In this document: in pieces, positions 1 through 9,711 of the stretch
How positions within the stretch are numbered: position 1 is the first letter of the stretch
Layout of the letters: every line of letters begins with the position of its first letter
Source of the DNA: an uncultured virus (IMG/VR IMGVR_UViG_3300043411_001904)
Taxonomy: Duplodnaviria > Heunggongvirae > Uroviricota > Caudoviricetes
Strand: one strand, 5' to 3'
Length of the DNA: 20,000 bases
IMG/VR virus record: IMGVR_UViG_3300043411_001904
The notes under the pieces: model-generated
What the model was told of the DNA's origin: nothing
What the model saw: only the letters and a program-made list of their open reading frames with translations
Database searches by the model: none
Program-made: the position numbers and the translations under genes

Positions 1-74
1 TTTCTTTAGGTGCTTCATTTAGAATTGATATATTTTTTAATATATATTAAAGATTTCAATGAAAAAGATGCTTT

Positions 75-542
75 ATGACACTTTTTCAAAAATATAATAT
101 GAAGATAGAAAAATTCAACAATTTTAATAATGATTTATCAATCTTAATTGATATTTTTGAATGTGAAATATATGATGATTTTGATATAAAAAGCATTAAG
201 TGGTGGGACAATGACCAAGATTCGGGATTTTTCAGAGAAAATGGAATCATTCGAGACTTAAATAACAAAGGCCCTAAAGAATCCTTAACAATAGAAATGA
301 GGGATGAAACCACAAAGATATTAAATTTCATATCTAAATACATCTCTGAAATAGACCCAAAATATTCTACAGAAATTAAATACCTAGAAAAAGACCAAAT
401 AGAAACCAACGACTTCTGTCAAAGAATATCCAATCTATCCAGCTATGAAGTTAATAAAGTATACTTCAGACACACACGAGGCGGATACATTCCAGAACCT
501 GGTTCTGTGTTGGGATTCGAACTTTTATTGAATAAACAATAG
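75..542 (+). CDS. hypothetical phage protein (alternative start at Met 99, MKIEKFNNF)
   Basis: 155-aa ORF on the main coding strand with ATATATA upstream (40-46); no motif recognised. Confidence 0.7.
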   Translation: MTLFQKYNMKIEKFNNFNNDLSILIDIFECEIYDDFDIKSIKWWDNDQDSGFFRENGIIRDLNNKGPKESLTIEMRDETTKILNFISKYISEIDPKYSTEIKYLEKDQIETNDFCQRISNLSSYEVNKVYFRHTRGGYIPEPGSVLGFELLLNKQ

Positions 543-565
543 GGGTCTTTATAATATAATGTGTC

Positions 566-1897
566 ATGACGACTTCTTTAGAAAAAGTATTTTTTAATTA
601 CATATTAAAAAATAAAAAATACTTCGATATTGTAATGCCTTATTTCTTTAGAAACACAGAAATACAATTTGTATATGGAACTCTTAAAGAATACATATCA
701 AAAAGTATTGATGCAAAAGTTCCGTCAGCTAGGCAAATTTGGGATATGGTAAATTTAGATGATAAAGAAGGACTAATAACCAAAGAAATATTAAAATCTA
801 TCTTAACAACTAATTTAGAAGAATATGATGAAAAGAACTTCACCGAGCCTAAATTCAACGCTTGGGTACTAACAAACAAATTAAAAGCAGGAACAGTAGA
901 AATTGTCGATGAATCAAGAAATCTCGATAATATATCTGATTTCGAACAAGCATTGGAGTCAGCTAATAAAATAAAATCCATAATAGACGAGGTATCATCG
1001 ACAAGTTTTTTAACTGATGATAATATGGGATCTGATTTTGATGAAGCTGATAACCATATCCAAGATTCTAGTAGATTCAAGGTAAAATCAGGATTTCCAA
1101 CAATTGATCATATGTTAAATGGTGGATGGGATCAAGGAAGCTTAAATATTCTAATGGCTGAGACATCAAATGGCAAATCTCTATGGATGCAAAATTTTGC
1201 ATTTAAGTCCGCAGATCTTGGGTACAACGCCTTATATGTAACATTAGAAATGAGCGAGCGAAAGGTCCTAAAACGAATAGGATCTATGAGGCTCAAAATA
1301 CCTATAAATGACTATGATCAAGTCAGTATGGATACAAGCTTCATTAAGAAGAAAATATCAGCCCTAGGTGGCAATTCTACTCAAGGGGGTGATCTTTTTC
1401 AAAATAAAATAGGAAAAATATATACAAAGTTCTGGGCCGCTGGAACAGCCACCATAGTCGATATCGATAATTATATACAAAAGCTTCAGCAAAAAAAGTC
1501 CATAAAATTCGATTTAATCATAATCGATTACATAACCCTAATTGCTCCCACAAAGGGAAATGCTGAAAGTCTTTACCTAAAAGGCAAACATCTAGCCGAG
1601 GGATTAAGAGCATTAGGAGCTAAATATAAAGCCCCAGTAGTGACTGGAATACAGGTAGCTAAAGATGCTTGGAACTCTGTTGATATAACTCTAGGATCAG
1701 TCCCAGAGTCAAAAGCTATTGCTGAAACAGCCGATACATTTTTTGCTATAATTAGAAATTCCGAAATGAAAAGGCAAAATCTATATAGATTAAAGCTTCT
1801 AAAGCAACGTGATGGAGATTTTCTAAAATCACAAGTCAAAATAGTACTGAATCCAACGTTTCTAACATTGGAAAATGATCAATTTGTGGATCAATAA
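566..1897 (+). CDS. replicative DNA helicase, DnaB / T4 gp41-like (SF4)
   Basis: SGFPTIDHMLNGG precedes Walker A AETSNGKS; also YVTLEMSE, Walker B IIIDYI, ESKAIAETAD and the LKQR arginine finger. 443 aa, similar in size to gp41. Confidence 0.93.
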   Translation: MTTSLEKVFFNYILKNKKYFDIVMPYFFRNTEIQFVYGTLKEYISKSIDAKVPSARQIWDMVNLDDKEGLITKEILKSILTTNLEEYDEKNFTEPKFNAWVLTNKLKAGTVEIVDESRNLDNISDFEQALESANKIKSIIDEVSSTSFLTDDNMGSDFDEADNHIQDSSRFKVKSGFPTIDHMLNGGWDQGSLNILMAETSNGKSLWMQNFAFKSADLGYNALYVTLEMSERKVLKRIGSMRLKIPINDYDQVSMDTSFIKKKISALGGNSTQGGDLFQNKIGKIYTKFWAAGTATIVDIDNYIQKLQQKKSIKFDLIIIDYITLIAPTKGNAESLYLKGKHLAEGLRALGAKYKAPVVTGIQVAKDAWNSVDITLGSVPESKAIAETADTFFAIIRNSEMKRQNLYRLKLLKQRDGDFLKSQVKIVLNPTFLTLENDQFVDQ

Positions 1898-1912
1898 AAA
1901 AAATTAGATAAT

Positions 1913-2863
1913 ATGTCTAAAAAAAAGATAGAGATAAGTGAAGAAGAGTTCGAAGAAAATGAAGATCCAAATATAGAAAGCACTGAAGAATCAAACGAAT
2001 CTTCTGACTCAGAAGAAAATGAATCAGATGATTTTATATCTGACGAAGATGAGATAGATATAATTATTGAAATATCAGACGATGACTTAGATTTATCCTT
2101 GGATATTAAAGATGTTGAAAAAGAAATAGATACATCCGAATCTATAGATGATATAATATTGTCTAAACATCAGATGGAAGGAAAACACTCTCTGAAATAT
2201 GATTCAATTTTCAAAGGCAAAAAGGAAGAAAAAATATCCGAAGATGATAACACCTTAGGATACTTTAATGAAAAATTCGAAGTAGATAAATCGTCTTTCT
2301 TTTACACCGAATCATTTGAAAATGAACAATATAATAGATCAAAAGGACTAAAAGAAAAAGTCTATATTGTTTTAGCTGAACACACGAATATAAACTTCTT
2401 AAATAATAGAAGAAAACCATCTAAAATTGATTTTAATAACTATTACTATTTATTAGTTCAAAATCTAAGCCAAGAAAAATTTACTAATGTCGAGTTATTC
2501 AATGAACTATCAGTCTATTTTTCTGATAATTTATTCAACATGTTTAAATTATTAGATAACAAATGGAGAAACATGATAATAAACGAACTTCAAGACCATA
2601 TCGGAAAAAATAAAAACTCCAAAGAGATCAAAAATAGAAACATATATGTTGGCACTGAAGTAGAATTCACACACGAAGATAATTTAGGAGAAGTAAAATT
2701 ATACACTGGAGTAATAACAGAGACAATATATGAGGAGTCAACATTTATAATCGACTCATATGAAAATCTATATGAAGTCGACATAATTAACATAACAAAA
2801 ATACTTAATAATTCAAAATTCAAATACAATTTAAATAAACTAAACAACATTGATTTTCTTTAA
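1913..2863 (+). CDS. hypothetical protein with a long acidic, low-complexity N-terminus
   Basis: 316-aa ORF lying tightly between the helicase and nrdA; the first ~80 aa are very D/E-rich. Confidence 0.8.
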   Translation: MSKKKIEISEEEFEENEDPNIESTEESNESSDSEENESDDFISDEDEIDIIIEISDDDLDLSLDIKDVEKEIDTSESIDDIILSKHQMEGKHSLKYDSIFKGKKEEKISEDDNTLGYFNEKFEVDKSSFFYTESFENEQYNRSKGLKEKVYIVLAEHTNINFLNNRRKPSKIDFNNYYYLLVQNLSQEKFTNVELFNELSVYFSDNLFNMFKLLDNKWRNMIINELQDHIGKNKNSKEIKNRNIYVGTEVEFTHEDNLGEVKLYTGVITETIYEESTFIIDSYENLYEVDIINITKILNNSKFKYNLNKLNNIDFL

Positions 2864-2934
2864 AATTTCAAGGAAGACATCTTTGTTAACAAAAATCGGT
2901 AAATATATATTTACCTAAAAAATAAATAAATAAA

Positions 2935-5250
2935 ATGGTAGAAACGATAGTAGAGGAAAAAATAACCAAGTCAGGAGATTTAATAGTAACCAAAAGAAAT
3001 GGATCAAGAGAGACATTTGAAGCAGAAAAAATAAATAAAGTCCTAATTTGGGCAACATCTGGAATAAGTGGAGTATCAGCATCTGACGTTGCTATGAATG
3101 CTCAGTTACAATTTTATCTAGGAATTAAAACCTCAGAAATACACAAAGTTCTAATTCAATCAGCAGTTGATATGATATCGGAAAAAAATCCAAACTATCA
3201 ATATGTAGCCTCAAATTTATTAAACTATCTTTTGAGAAAAGAAGTGTTTGAAACAAAAGTCGAAATGCCAAATCTCATTGATTGTATAAAAAGGAATATT
3301 AAATTGGATCTATATGATTCAGGCATCCTAGAAAAATATAGCGAAGAAGAGATAAAGGAATGTGAAGGATTCATAAAACATGATAGAGATTATGAATTGA
3401 CATATGCTGGATTACAACAACTAATTGATAAATATCTTGTTAAGGACAGATCAACTGGAAAATCATATGAAACACCACAGTTCGCATTCATAATGATATC
3501 AATGACGGTATTTGCCGAGTATGAAAAATCAACTAGATTATTATATGTAAAAGAACTGTATGATATGATATCTGAACATAAAATATCACTACCAACTCCA
3601 ATAATGGCTGGTATAAGAACCCCAAATAGACAATTTTCTTCTTGTACACTAATAGAAATCGGAGACTCATTGGATTCAATTTTTTATGGAAATGTAGCCA
3701 TTGGACAATATGTTGCAAAAAGAGCTGGAATAGGAATAAACTGTGGATCAATTAGGGCACAGGGATCAAAGGTGAGAAATGGCGAAGTTGTTCATACCGG
3801 AGTTATACCATTCTTTAAAATGTTCCAATCAACTCTACATTCTTGCTCACAAGGAGGAATTAGAAAAGGATCCGCAACTCTATACTTCCCGTGGTGGCAT
3901 AAAGAAATAGAAGATGTATTAGTTTTAAAAAATAACAAGGGAACAGATGACAATAGGGTTAGACATATGGATTATGGAATACAATTTGAAAAGGTATTCT
4001 ATTCAAGATTTATATCAGATGGTGATATATCTCTGTTTTCACCCTCAGATGTCCCTGGGCTATATGATGTATTTGGACTACCAGAATTCGAGGAAATTTA
4101 TTTAAAGTACGAATCTGATAAATCCATCCCAAGAAAAACCGTAAAATCAAGAAATCTAATGAATGCGTTTGCACAGGAACGAATAGGAACTGGAAGGATG
4201 TATGTAATGAACATAGATAACGCCAATAATAATTCTCCATTTCTAGAAAGAATGAAAATGAGTAATTTGTGTGCGGAAATAATACTACCCACAAATCCAA
4301 TTGAGTCAATATATGATATTGATGACAAAAAAGAAAATGAAAATCGATCAGAAGGTGAAATAGCACTGTGTACACTAGCAGCTTTCAATCTAGGTAATAT
4401 TAAATCATTTAAAGAATTACACAAAGTAGCCGAATATATCGTAAGGATTCTTGAATACGTTGTTGAAAATCAAGATTATCCAATTAACGCGGCTAAGAAA
4501 ATGACCAAAAGAAGATCAGTTGGTGTTGGAGTCACAAACTTTGCATACTGGCTAGCAAAGCAGGGGATAAAATATTCAGAAAAGGAAGCACTTTTCTATG
4601 TAGACGAACTATTTGAACATATTCAGTACTCACTACTTAAAGCATCCAATAAATTATCAAAAGAATTAGGACCATGTGAATGGTTCGATAAAACATCATA
4701 CTCCAAAGGAATTCTACCTATTGATAGGTATAATAAAAACGTTGATGAATTAATAAAGAGAGACTATTCTTGTGATTGGGAATCTCTCAGAGATGACATT
4801 AAGACCTGGGGACTACGAAACAGTGTCCTAACAGCAATAATGCCAGCTGAATCCTCAGCGGTTGTTCAAAATGCCACAAATGGAATTGAACCTATAAGAT
4901 CTTTAGTAATAACAAAAAAATCAAAATCTGGCCTTGTTAAGCAAGTTGCTCCAGAATCTACAAAGCTAAAAAATAAATATGAATATGCGTTTGAAATGCC
5001 TCACAACCGAGGATATACAAACATAGTTGCTGTAATCCAAAAATGGATTGATCAATCTGTCGCCGCAAATCATTACTATCAATATTCCAATGATGGTATA
5101 TCAATAGGTGGTGTAATCAAGGATATATTATATTCCTATAAGTACGGTCTAAAAACTTTATACTATGCTAACACCGATGATAAAAAGTCCGATGATATGG
5201 AAACAATGGGCAATAGCTCTGGATGTGATGATGGCGGGTGTACAATCTAA
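2935..5250 (+). CDS. nrdA: ribonucleoside-diphosphate reductase class Ia alpha subunit with ATP cone
   Basis: N-terminal ATP cone (VTKRNGSRETFEAEKI), PTPIMAG, FSSC, catalytic SNLCAEI, MPAESS, GLKTLYY and a C-terminal redox Cys pair (GCDDGGCTI). Confidence 0.97.
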   Translation: MVETIVEEKITKSGDLIVTKRNGSRETFEAEKINKVLIWATSGISGVSASDVAMNAQLQFYLGIKTSEIHKVLIQSAVDMISEKNPNYQYVASNLLNYLLRKEVFETKVEMPNLIDCIKRNIKLDLYDSGILEKYSEEEIKECEGFIKHDRDYELTYAGLQQLIDKYLVKDRSTGKSYETPQFAFIMISMTVFAEYEKSTRLLYVKELYDMISEHKISLPTPIMAGIRTPNRQFSSCTLIEIGDSLDSIFYGNVAIGQYVAKRAGIGINCGSIRAQGSKVRNGEVVHTGVIPFFKMFQSTLHSCSQGGIRKGSATLYFPWWHKEIEDVLVLKNNKGTDDNRVRHMDYGIQFEKVFYSRFISDGDISLFSPSDVPGLYDVFGLPEFEEIYLKYESDKSIPRKTVKSRNLMNAFAQERIGTGRMYVMNIDNANNNSPFLERMKMSNLCAEIILPTNPIESIYDIDDKKENENRSEGEIALCTLAAFNLGNIKSFKELHKVAEYIVRILEYVVENQDYPINAAKKMTKRRSVGVGVTNFAYWLAKQGIKYSEKEALFYVDELFEHIQYSLLKASNKLSKELGPCEWFDKTSYSKGILPIDRYNKNVDELIKRDYSCDWESLRDDIKTWGLRNSVLTAIMPAESSAVVQNATNGIEPIRSLVITKKSKSGLVKQVAPESTKLKNKYEYAFEMPHNRGYTNIVAVIQKWIDQSVAANHYYQYSNDGISIGGVIKDILYSYKYGLKTLYYANTDDKKSDDMETMGNSSGCDDGGCTI

Positions 5251-5253
5251 ACT

Positions 5254-5283
5254 AAAACCCTCCGAATTTCGGAGGGTTTTTTT
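5254..5283 (+). terminator. intrinsic terminator after nrdA
   Basis: AAAACCCTCCGAA-T-TTCGGAGGGTTTT inverted repeat followed by a T run. Confidence 0.9.
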
Positions 5284-5294
5284 ATATATACAAT

Positions 5295-5624
5295 ATGAAC
5301 TACAAAATCCAGAAATCAATTGATCAAATTGATGATTTCTTTGGTGTACAAAAAGGAATAAAAGTCACCCGAGCTATTCGAAATAAAGCTAAAATCGCAA
5401 TATCCGATATCAAGTCTAAAGAAATATATAAAAATGACGAGTCTCTCCAAAATCTAATAGATGTCGTTAATGATGTTTTAAAAGCATCAGCTATTGGAAC
5501 AGGATATATACTGATTCCAGGATCTGTTATTCTATTTCCTTTTATCCGAAAAGCTCTACAAAAAAGCAAAATCGAAAAAATAAGAAAAATACTAGAATTG
5601 ACAGTTGAAAAAGACATCAAATAG
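5295..5624 (+). CDS. small hypothetical protein with one hydrophobic segment
   Basis: 109 aa; ATATATA at 5284-5290 just upstream; hydrophobic stretch AIGTGYILIPGSVILFPFI. Confidence 0.65.
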   Translation: MNYKIQKSIDQIDDFFGVQKGIKVTRAIRNKAKIAISDIKSKEIYKNDESLQNLIDVVNDVLKASAIGTGYILIPGSVILFPFIRKALQKSKIEKIRKILELTVEKDIK

Positions 5625-6387
5625 ATTCTTCTAAGTTCCACCCACTAGTCCTCCCCTTCATAATGGGTATTTTTGTCTTTAAACATTTACGAAGAGTAGA
5701 ATATGATATATTATTTTCTCTGCAAAAATTTCTCAATCCATTCGAAATAATAATTTTATCACCACTCGGATTTGTGACAATCCATTTTCTACAAGAATGA
5801 CTCCCATTTATAATAATTCTTTCTTTCGCTTTCTGTGATATTTTACTTTTTGTTTCTTCAGTTAACTTAACTCCCCATCTAGGATTATTTTCTTTGGAAG
5901 TAGAATCAGATATCTTCTTTTTTGTTTCTTCTGAATGTGAACGCTTATAAAGTCTGTGATTTTCTTTTATGGAGATTCTTCTCTTCTCGATTTCTTCTTC
6001 CCACCTATCTCCATATATTTCTTTATATGTTTTTCCAAATAAATTAGGTGGTTCGTTTTTTAAGCACAAATTCAGAAGGGGACCGTCAACTATATCAGAT
6101 ATAAAATCTGATCCAATTTGAGATATCAATTTTATTTCATTTTGATAAGCCAAATTCTCCAATTCTGTATGATTGAATACTTCAATATATGGATTAATTC
6201 CTGTTCTTATCAACTTTGAAATTTTATTCTTGAAAATTGGATTATCAATTCGAGATCTATTTATATGACTTTGATATCGATTTCCTTTTCCCTTACCAAC
6301 ATAAAATGGTTCAAAAAGAAAACAAATCTCATCATAAGAATATTTTCCGTTTTTCCTCGGATCTAAATAAACATAATTATAATACAT
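5617..6387 (-). CDS. free-standing GIY-YIG homing endonuclease with NUMOD3 repeats
   Basis: YNYVYLDP...FYVGKGKGNR GIY-YIG-like N-terminus, conserved E (YQNEIKLI) and N; NUMOD3-like HSEETKKKIS and LTEETKSKIS; putative C-terminal HTH (LRNFCRENNISYSTL). Confidence 0.85.
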   Translation of the reverse strand: MYYNYVYLDPRKNGKYSYDEICFLFEPFYVGKGKGNRYQSHINRSRIDNPIFKNKISKLIRTGINPYIEVFNHTELENLAYQNEIKLISQIGSDFISDIVDGPLLNLCLKNEPPNLFGKTYKEIYGDRWEEEIEKRRISIKENHRLYKRSHSEETKKKISDSTSKENNPRWGVKLTEETKSKISQKAKERIIINGSHSCRKWIVTNPSGDKIIISNGLRNFCRENNISYSTLRKCLKTKIPIMKGRTSGWNLEESI

Positions 6388-6433
6388 AACACTTAACTTT
6401 AGTTTAGTGTATATATAATAATTTCAATCTATG

Positions 6434-7516
6434 TTAAAAATTAAATTCTTTATAGTCAGATTCATCAAGATCTTGCTTAAATGCGCCTGTAACATAGTTT
6501 TCTATTTCAGTCTCCTGAGCAGCTGCTTGTACATTGTTACTACCACTTATCCAATTATTAATCCAATTAATGGGATTCTGAACTTTATCAAAGATGGGAT
6601 CCAATCCAATTATCTTCATTCGGCTATTTGTTAAGTATTTCATATACTGTATCAATATTTCAGCATTCAATCCTATCATTGAACCATCTTTAAATAAATA
6701 TTCTGCCCACTCCATTTCTTCTTTGGCAGCGTCTTCATACATTTTATACACTATTGGTTCACATTCCTCAACAATTGTCTGGAAACCCTCTTCCCAATTC
6801 TCCTTCAAAGTTTTTAATAAGAATGAAGTGAATCCCATATGTAGATTCTCATCCCTTGCAATAAGAGATATTATTTTAGCATTTCCTTCCATTTTCTTAT
6901 TCTGAGCAAAGCAGAAAGAACAGGCAAAAGAAACATAGAATCTAATACCCTCAAGGATATTAATAGAAACTAGTGTCAAGTAGAGTTTTTTCTTTTTATC
7001 CCTCTCACTTTCATCAGGAATCGAATTGATAAGATCATCATAATACTTTGTAACAGATGAAGCTCTTTTAAGAATCTCTTCATCCATCATAATAGAATCA
7101 AACATTTCCGATGGGTCTGAATAGATGTTCTTAATAATATATGTATATGAATAGCTATGAATTGTCTCTGCAAATTCCCATGTCTTTGAGAATAGTTCAA
7201 CCTCTTGATTAGAACAATTTTCTAAAAGATTTGAAATTCCTCGACTTTGAATTGAATCTAATAGAATTTGGTATCCAAGATTCTTCGTAAAAATAAACTT
7301 CTCATGATCATTCAAAGATTGAAAATCTCCCTTATCCTTCGATAGATTAATCTCTTCAGGTCTCCAAAAATATGAAATATGTTGCTTAAACATATTAAAA
7401 ATCTTATCATATCTAAACTTATCATATCTCTGAATTGACATCCCATCGGATGATCCAAAAAAGACTGGAAGTTTAGTAAAATCGACGCTACTATCTGTAT
7501 TTATTATGTGTTTCAT
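6434..7516 (-). CDS. nrdB: ribonucleoside-diphosphate reductase class Ia beta subunit
   Basis: FWRPEE, LLDSIQ, ETIHSYSY (radical Tyr), LEGIRFY, IARDENLH and a C-terminal QETEIENY tail. Confidence 0.97.
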   Translation of the reverse strand: MKHIINTDSSVDFTKLPVFFGSSDGMSIQRYDKFRYDKIFNMFKQHISYFWRPEEINLSKDKGDFQSLNDHEKFIFTKNLGYQILLDSIQSRGISNLLENCSNQEVELFSKTWEFAETIHSYSYTYIIKNIYSDPSEMFDSIMMDEEILKRASSVTKYYDDLINSIPDESERDKKKKLYLTLVSINILEGIRFYVSFACSFCFAQNKKMEGNAKIISLIARDENLHMGFTSFLLKTLKENWEEGFQTIVEECEPIVYKMYEDAAKEEMEWAEYLFKDGSMIGLNAEILIQYMKYLTNSRMKIIGLDPIFDKVQNPINWINNWISGSNNVQAAAQETEIENYVTGAFKQDLDESDYKEFNF

Positions 7517-7565
7517 GATTGGACTATTTTTATGCTAGATATTTGGAAAGTTTTATATATATCAT

Positions 7566-8123
7566 ATGAAATATTTAAATCTGTTTGAATCTCTATCAAA
7601 AATAAAATCTATAAAAAACACAATATATCAAATACATGATATATGTGAATCATTGGAGGACGAATATAAAGGATCATATAAATCATATATTTTGTTTTTC
7701 TTGTGTGATGGAAATACCCATCCAATAAAGAATCCTAGTTCCGATCTAATAAGAAATAATGGTAAAAATACAACATGGTTCTCATTAAGAAAAAAGGAAA
7801 TATACATCAGGGGGTCAAATAACTGGGAATTAGAAGGAATTTATTATAATGAAAATGAAGATCCAAAAGGAAATTTTCAAAAATCAATAGAACTATCTAA
7901 AAAATTAAAAATAGATTTCAAATCCATAACTATTCAAATAGTAATATTAGAAGATCCGGATAATATATTCAATGATCCAACAAAAAAAGAAATACTAGAG
8001 TGTGGTCAAATGGTCAATAATCTAATTAAACATTTACAACAACAACTTGAATTCTTCAAGTTTGATAATTTCGAGGACGACCCTAGAGGATTCTTCATGC
8101 AATGCTCCTTAGAGGATCTATAA
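7566..8123 (+). CDS. hypothetical phage protein (N-terminus MKYLNLFES)
   Basis: 185 aa; ATATATA immediately upstream (7555-7561). Confidence 0.7.
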   Translation: MKYLNLFESLSKIKSIKNTIYQIHDICESLEDEYKGSYKSYILFFLCDGNTHPIKNPSSDLIRNNGKNTTWFSLRKKEIYIRGSNNWELEGIYYNENEDPKGNFQKSIELSKKLKIDFKSITIQIVILEDPDNIFNDPTKKEILECGQMVNNLIKHLQQQLEFFKFDNFEDDPRGFFMQCSLEDL

Positions 8124-8159
8124 TACATCAAAGGCGGTGTATATTGAAATATATAATGG

Positions 8160-9374
8160 ATGGAAAAGAAAATACTACCTTATCTAGTTTTATTATCAGC
8201 ATTATCAGTATCTCTATCAGCAGCGTTTTATTCTGTATCAGGAATAGGGAAGCTATTTGCAGGAGCAAGTGTCCAAGCAATGATAATGATGTCATCCCTA
8301 GAAATATCAAAGCTTGTTTTAGCATCAGTACTATATCAGTATTGGGATAAATTAAACACATTTATAAAAACATATTACTTCATTGCAATATTCATTCTAA
8401 TGGGACTAACGTCTGCTGGAATATATGGATACTTATCATCAGCCTACTCAGAAACATCGAATAAAATCGAAAATGTCGCGAAAAGAGTCAATGTACTAGA
8501 TCTTAAAAGAAATTTATTTGAAACCCAACTAAAAGATGTTCGGAGTGAAAAGGAATCAATAAGTCAGAATATATCTGATCTAACCAAAGGCCTATCCTCA
8601 AACTACATAGAAGTTAGAGGAAGGGACGGACAAATCACAAGAACAACATCAAGTGGAAATAGAAAAGTTTTTGAAAGCCAATTAATATCAGCTCAAAAAA
8701 ATCGAGATGAGATATCAAAAAGAGAAATATCATTAACTGATTCAATATCTTCTATTGATATTCAAAAATTAAATCTAGAATCCAACGATGAAATAGCTGG
8801 TGAGATAGGATCTCTGAAGTATTTAGCAAAAATAACAAATAAAACAACTGATCAAGTTATAAATTGGATTATAATTGCCCTGATGTTAGTATTTGATCCC
8901 TTAGCTGTATCTCTAATTGTAGGTGCGAACGTCATATTCAAAGATAAAGAAAAGGAAGGAGAAAAAATTAAAATATCTCAAAAAATTGATCAAAAAATTC
9001 AAGATTTTAAGGTAAGAGAAGACGAAATAAAAAAAATAGAGGAGGAGATATTGGATAAAGTACATCTCATAGAAGAGAGGGAATCAAAAATAAAGGAAGA
9101 GGAACTAAAAATGATCAATAAGGAAGAGGAACTAAAAATTAGAGAAAATCAATACGATAAAGTAAAAGATGAAATAGAATCTATAGAAATAACAAAGAAG
9201 AATATAATCGAAGAAAAGGAATCTATAGAAAAAGAAAAAGAAATTCTCAAAGAAAGAGAATCTAATCTAGAAAAATCTAAAGAAGAACTTACAAATCTCG
9301 ATCAAGAAATAAAAAGATGGGAAGCCACTCATTGGAAAATGAGAAGAAGAACTCCCCCACCATCTAGTATATAA
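8160..9374 (+). CDS. membrane protein with long coiled coils
   Basis: About three N-terminal hydrophobic helices, then a coiled coil, another TM segment (WIIIALMLVFDPLAVSLIV) and an E/K-rich C-terminal coiled coil. Confidence 0.85.
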   Translation: MEKKILPYLVLLSALSVSLSAAFYSVSGIGKLFAGASVQAMIMMSSLEISKLVLASVLYQYWDKLNTFIKTYYFIAIFILMGLTSAGIYGYLSSAYSETSNKIENVAKRVNVLDLKRNLFETQLKDVRSEKESISQNISDLTKGLSSNYIEVRGRDGQITRTTSSGNRKVFESQLISAQKNRDEISKREISLTDSISSIDIQKLNLESNDEIAGEIGSLKYLAKITNKTTDQVINWIIIALMLVFDPLAVSLIVGANVIFKDKEKEGEKIKISQKIDQKIQDFKVREDEIKKIEEEILDKVHLIEERESKIKEEELKMINKEEELKIRENQYDKVKDEIESIEITKKNIIEEKESIEKEKEILKERESNLEKSKEELTNLDQEIKRWEATHWKMRRRTPPPSSI

Positions 9375-9488
9375 AAAATCCATTGTTTGAATTCCAATAA
9401 AAATGAACATCGATATATAATTATATTTTTTTGAAGATTTTTTACAACTTTTGTAAATCATCATCATAGAATAAAAACTGAAAATGTT

Positions 9489-9551
9489 CCAGTAGTAACT
9501 TCAAGAGATACTTCAATTTGGTGAAAAAAAACTCTTGATATTTTTCTCTGG
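9489..9551 (+). ncRNA. structured RNA element 1 upstream of Ro60/TROVE (candidate Y-RNA-like or Ro-binding element)
   Basis: CCAG(9489-92)/CTGG(9548-51) outer stem and TCAAGAG(9501-07)/CTCTTGA(9532-38) inner stem; TAGT, ATACTTC and TTTCT motifs are shared with element 2. Confidence 0.55.
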
Positions 9552-9563
9552 TCAATTATATTC

Positions 9564-9704
9564 AGACATAGTGATAAATTAGGATACTTCTACAAAAACA
9601 ATTAGAAAGAGAGAAAGCTTGTCCAAGCAATCTCCACCGAAAAGGGTTAAAAAGGATAGGTTCGTAACCTCAACAACAATCTCCTAAATTAATCTTTCTT
9701 GTCT
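9564..9704 (+). ncRNA. structured RNA element 2 upstream of Ro60/TROVE, with three internal hairpins
   Basis: AGACA(9564-68)/TGTCT(9700-04) outer stem and TTAGGA(9579-84)/TCCTAA(9682-87) inner stem; same TAGT, ATACTTC and TTTCT motifs. Internal hairpins: GAGA..GCTT-GTCC-AAGC..TCTC, ACC-GAAAAG-GGT and AGG-TTCGTAA-CCT. Confidence 0.6.
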
Positions 9705-9711
9705 AAATATC

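Noticed and set aside
5617..6433. Group I intron or intein in nrdA or nrdB
   Set aside because: Both subunits are full length with intact C-termini, and the endonuclease is outside both reading frames.
9093..9139. 20-bp direct repeat AAGGAAGAGGAACTAAAAAT
   Set aside because: It is an in-frame coiled-coil duplication (KEEELK), not a regulatory or mobile-element repeat.
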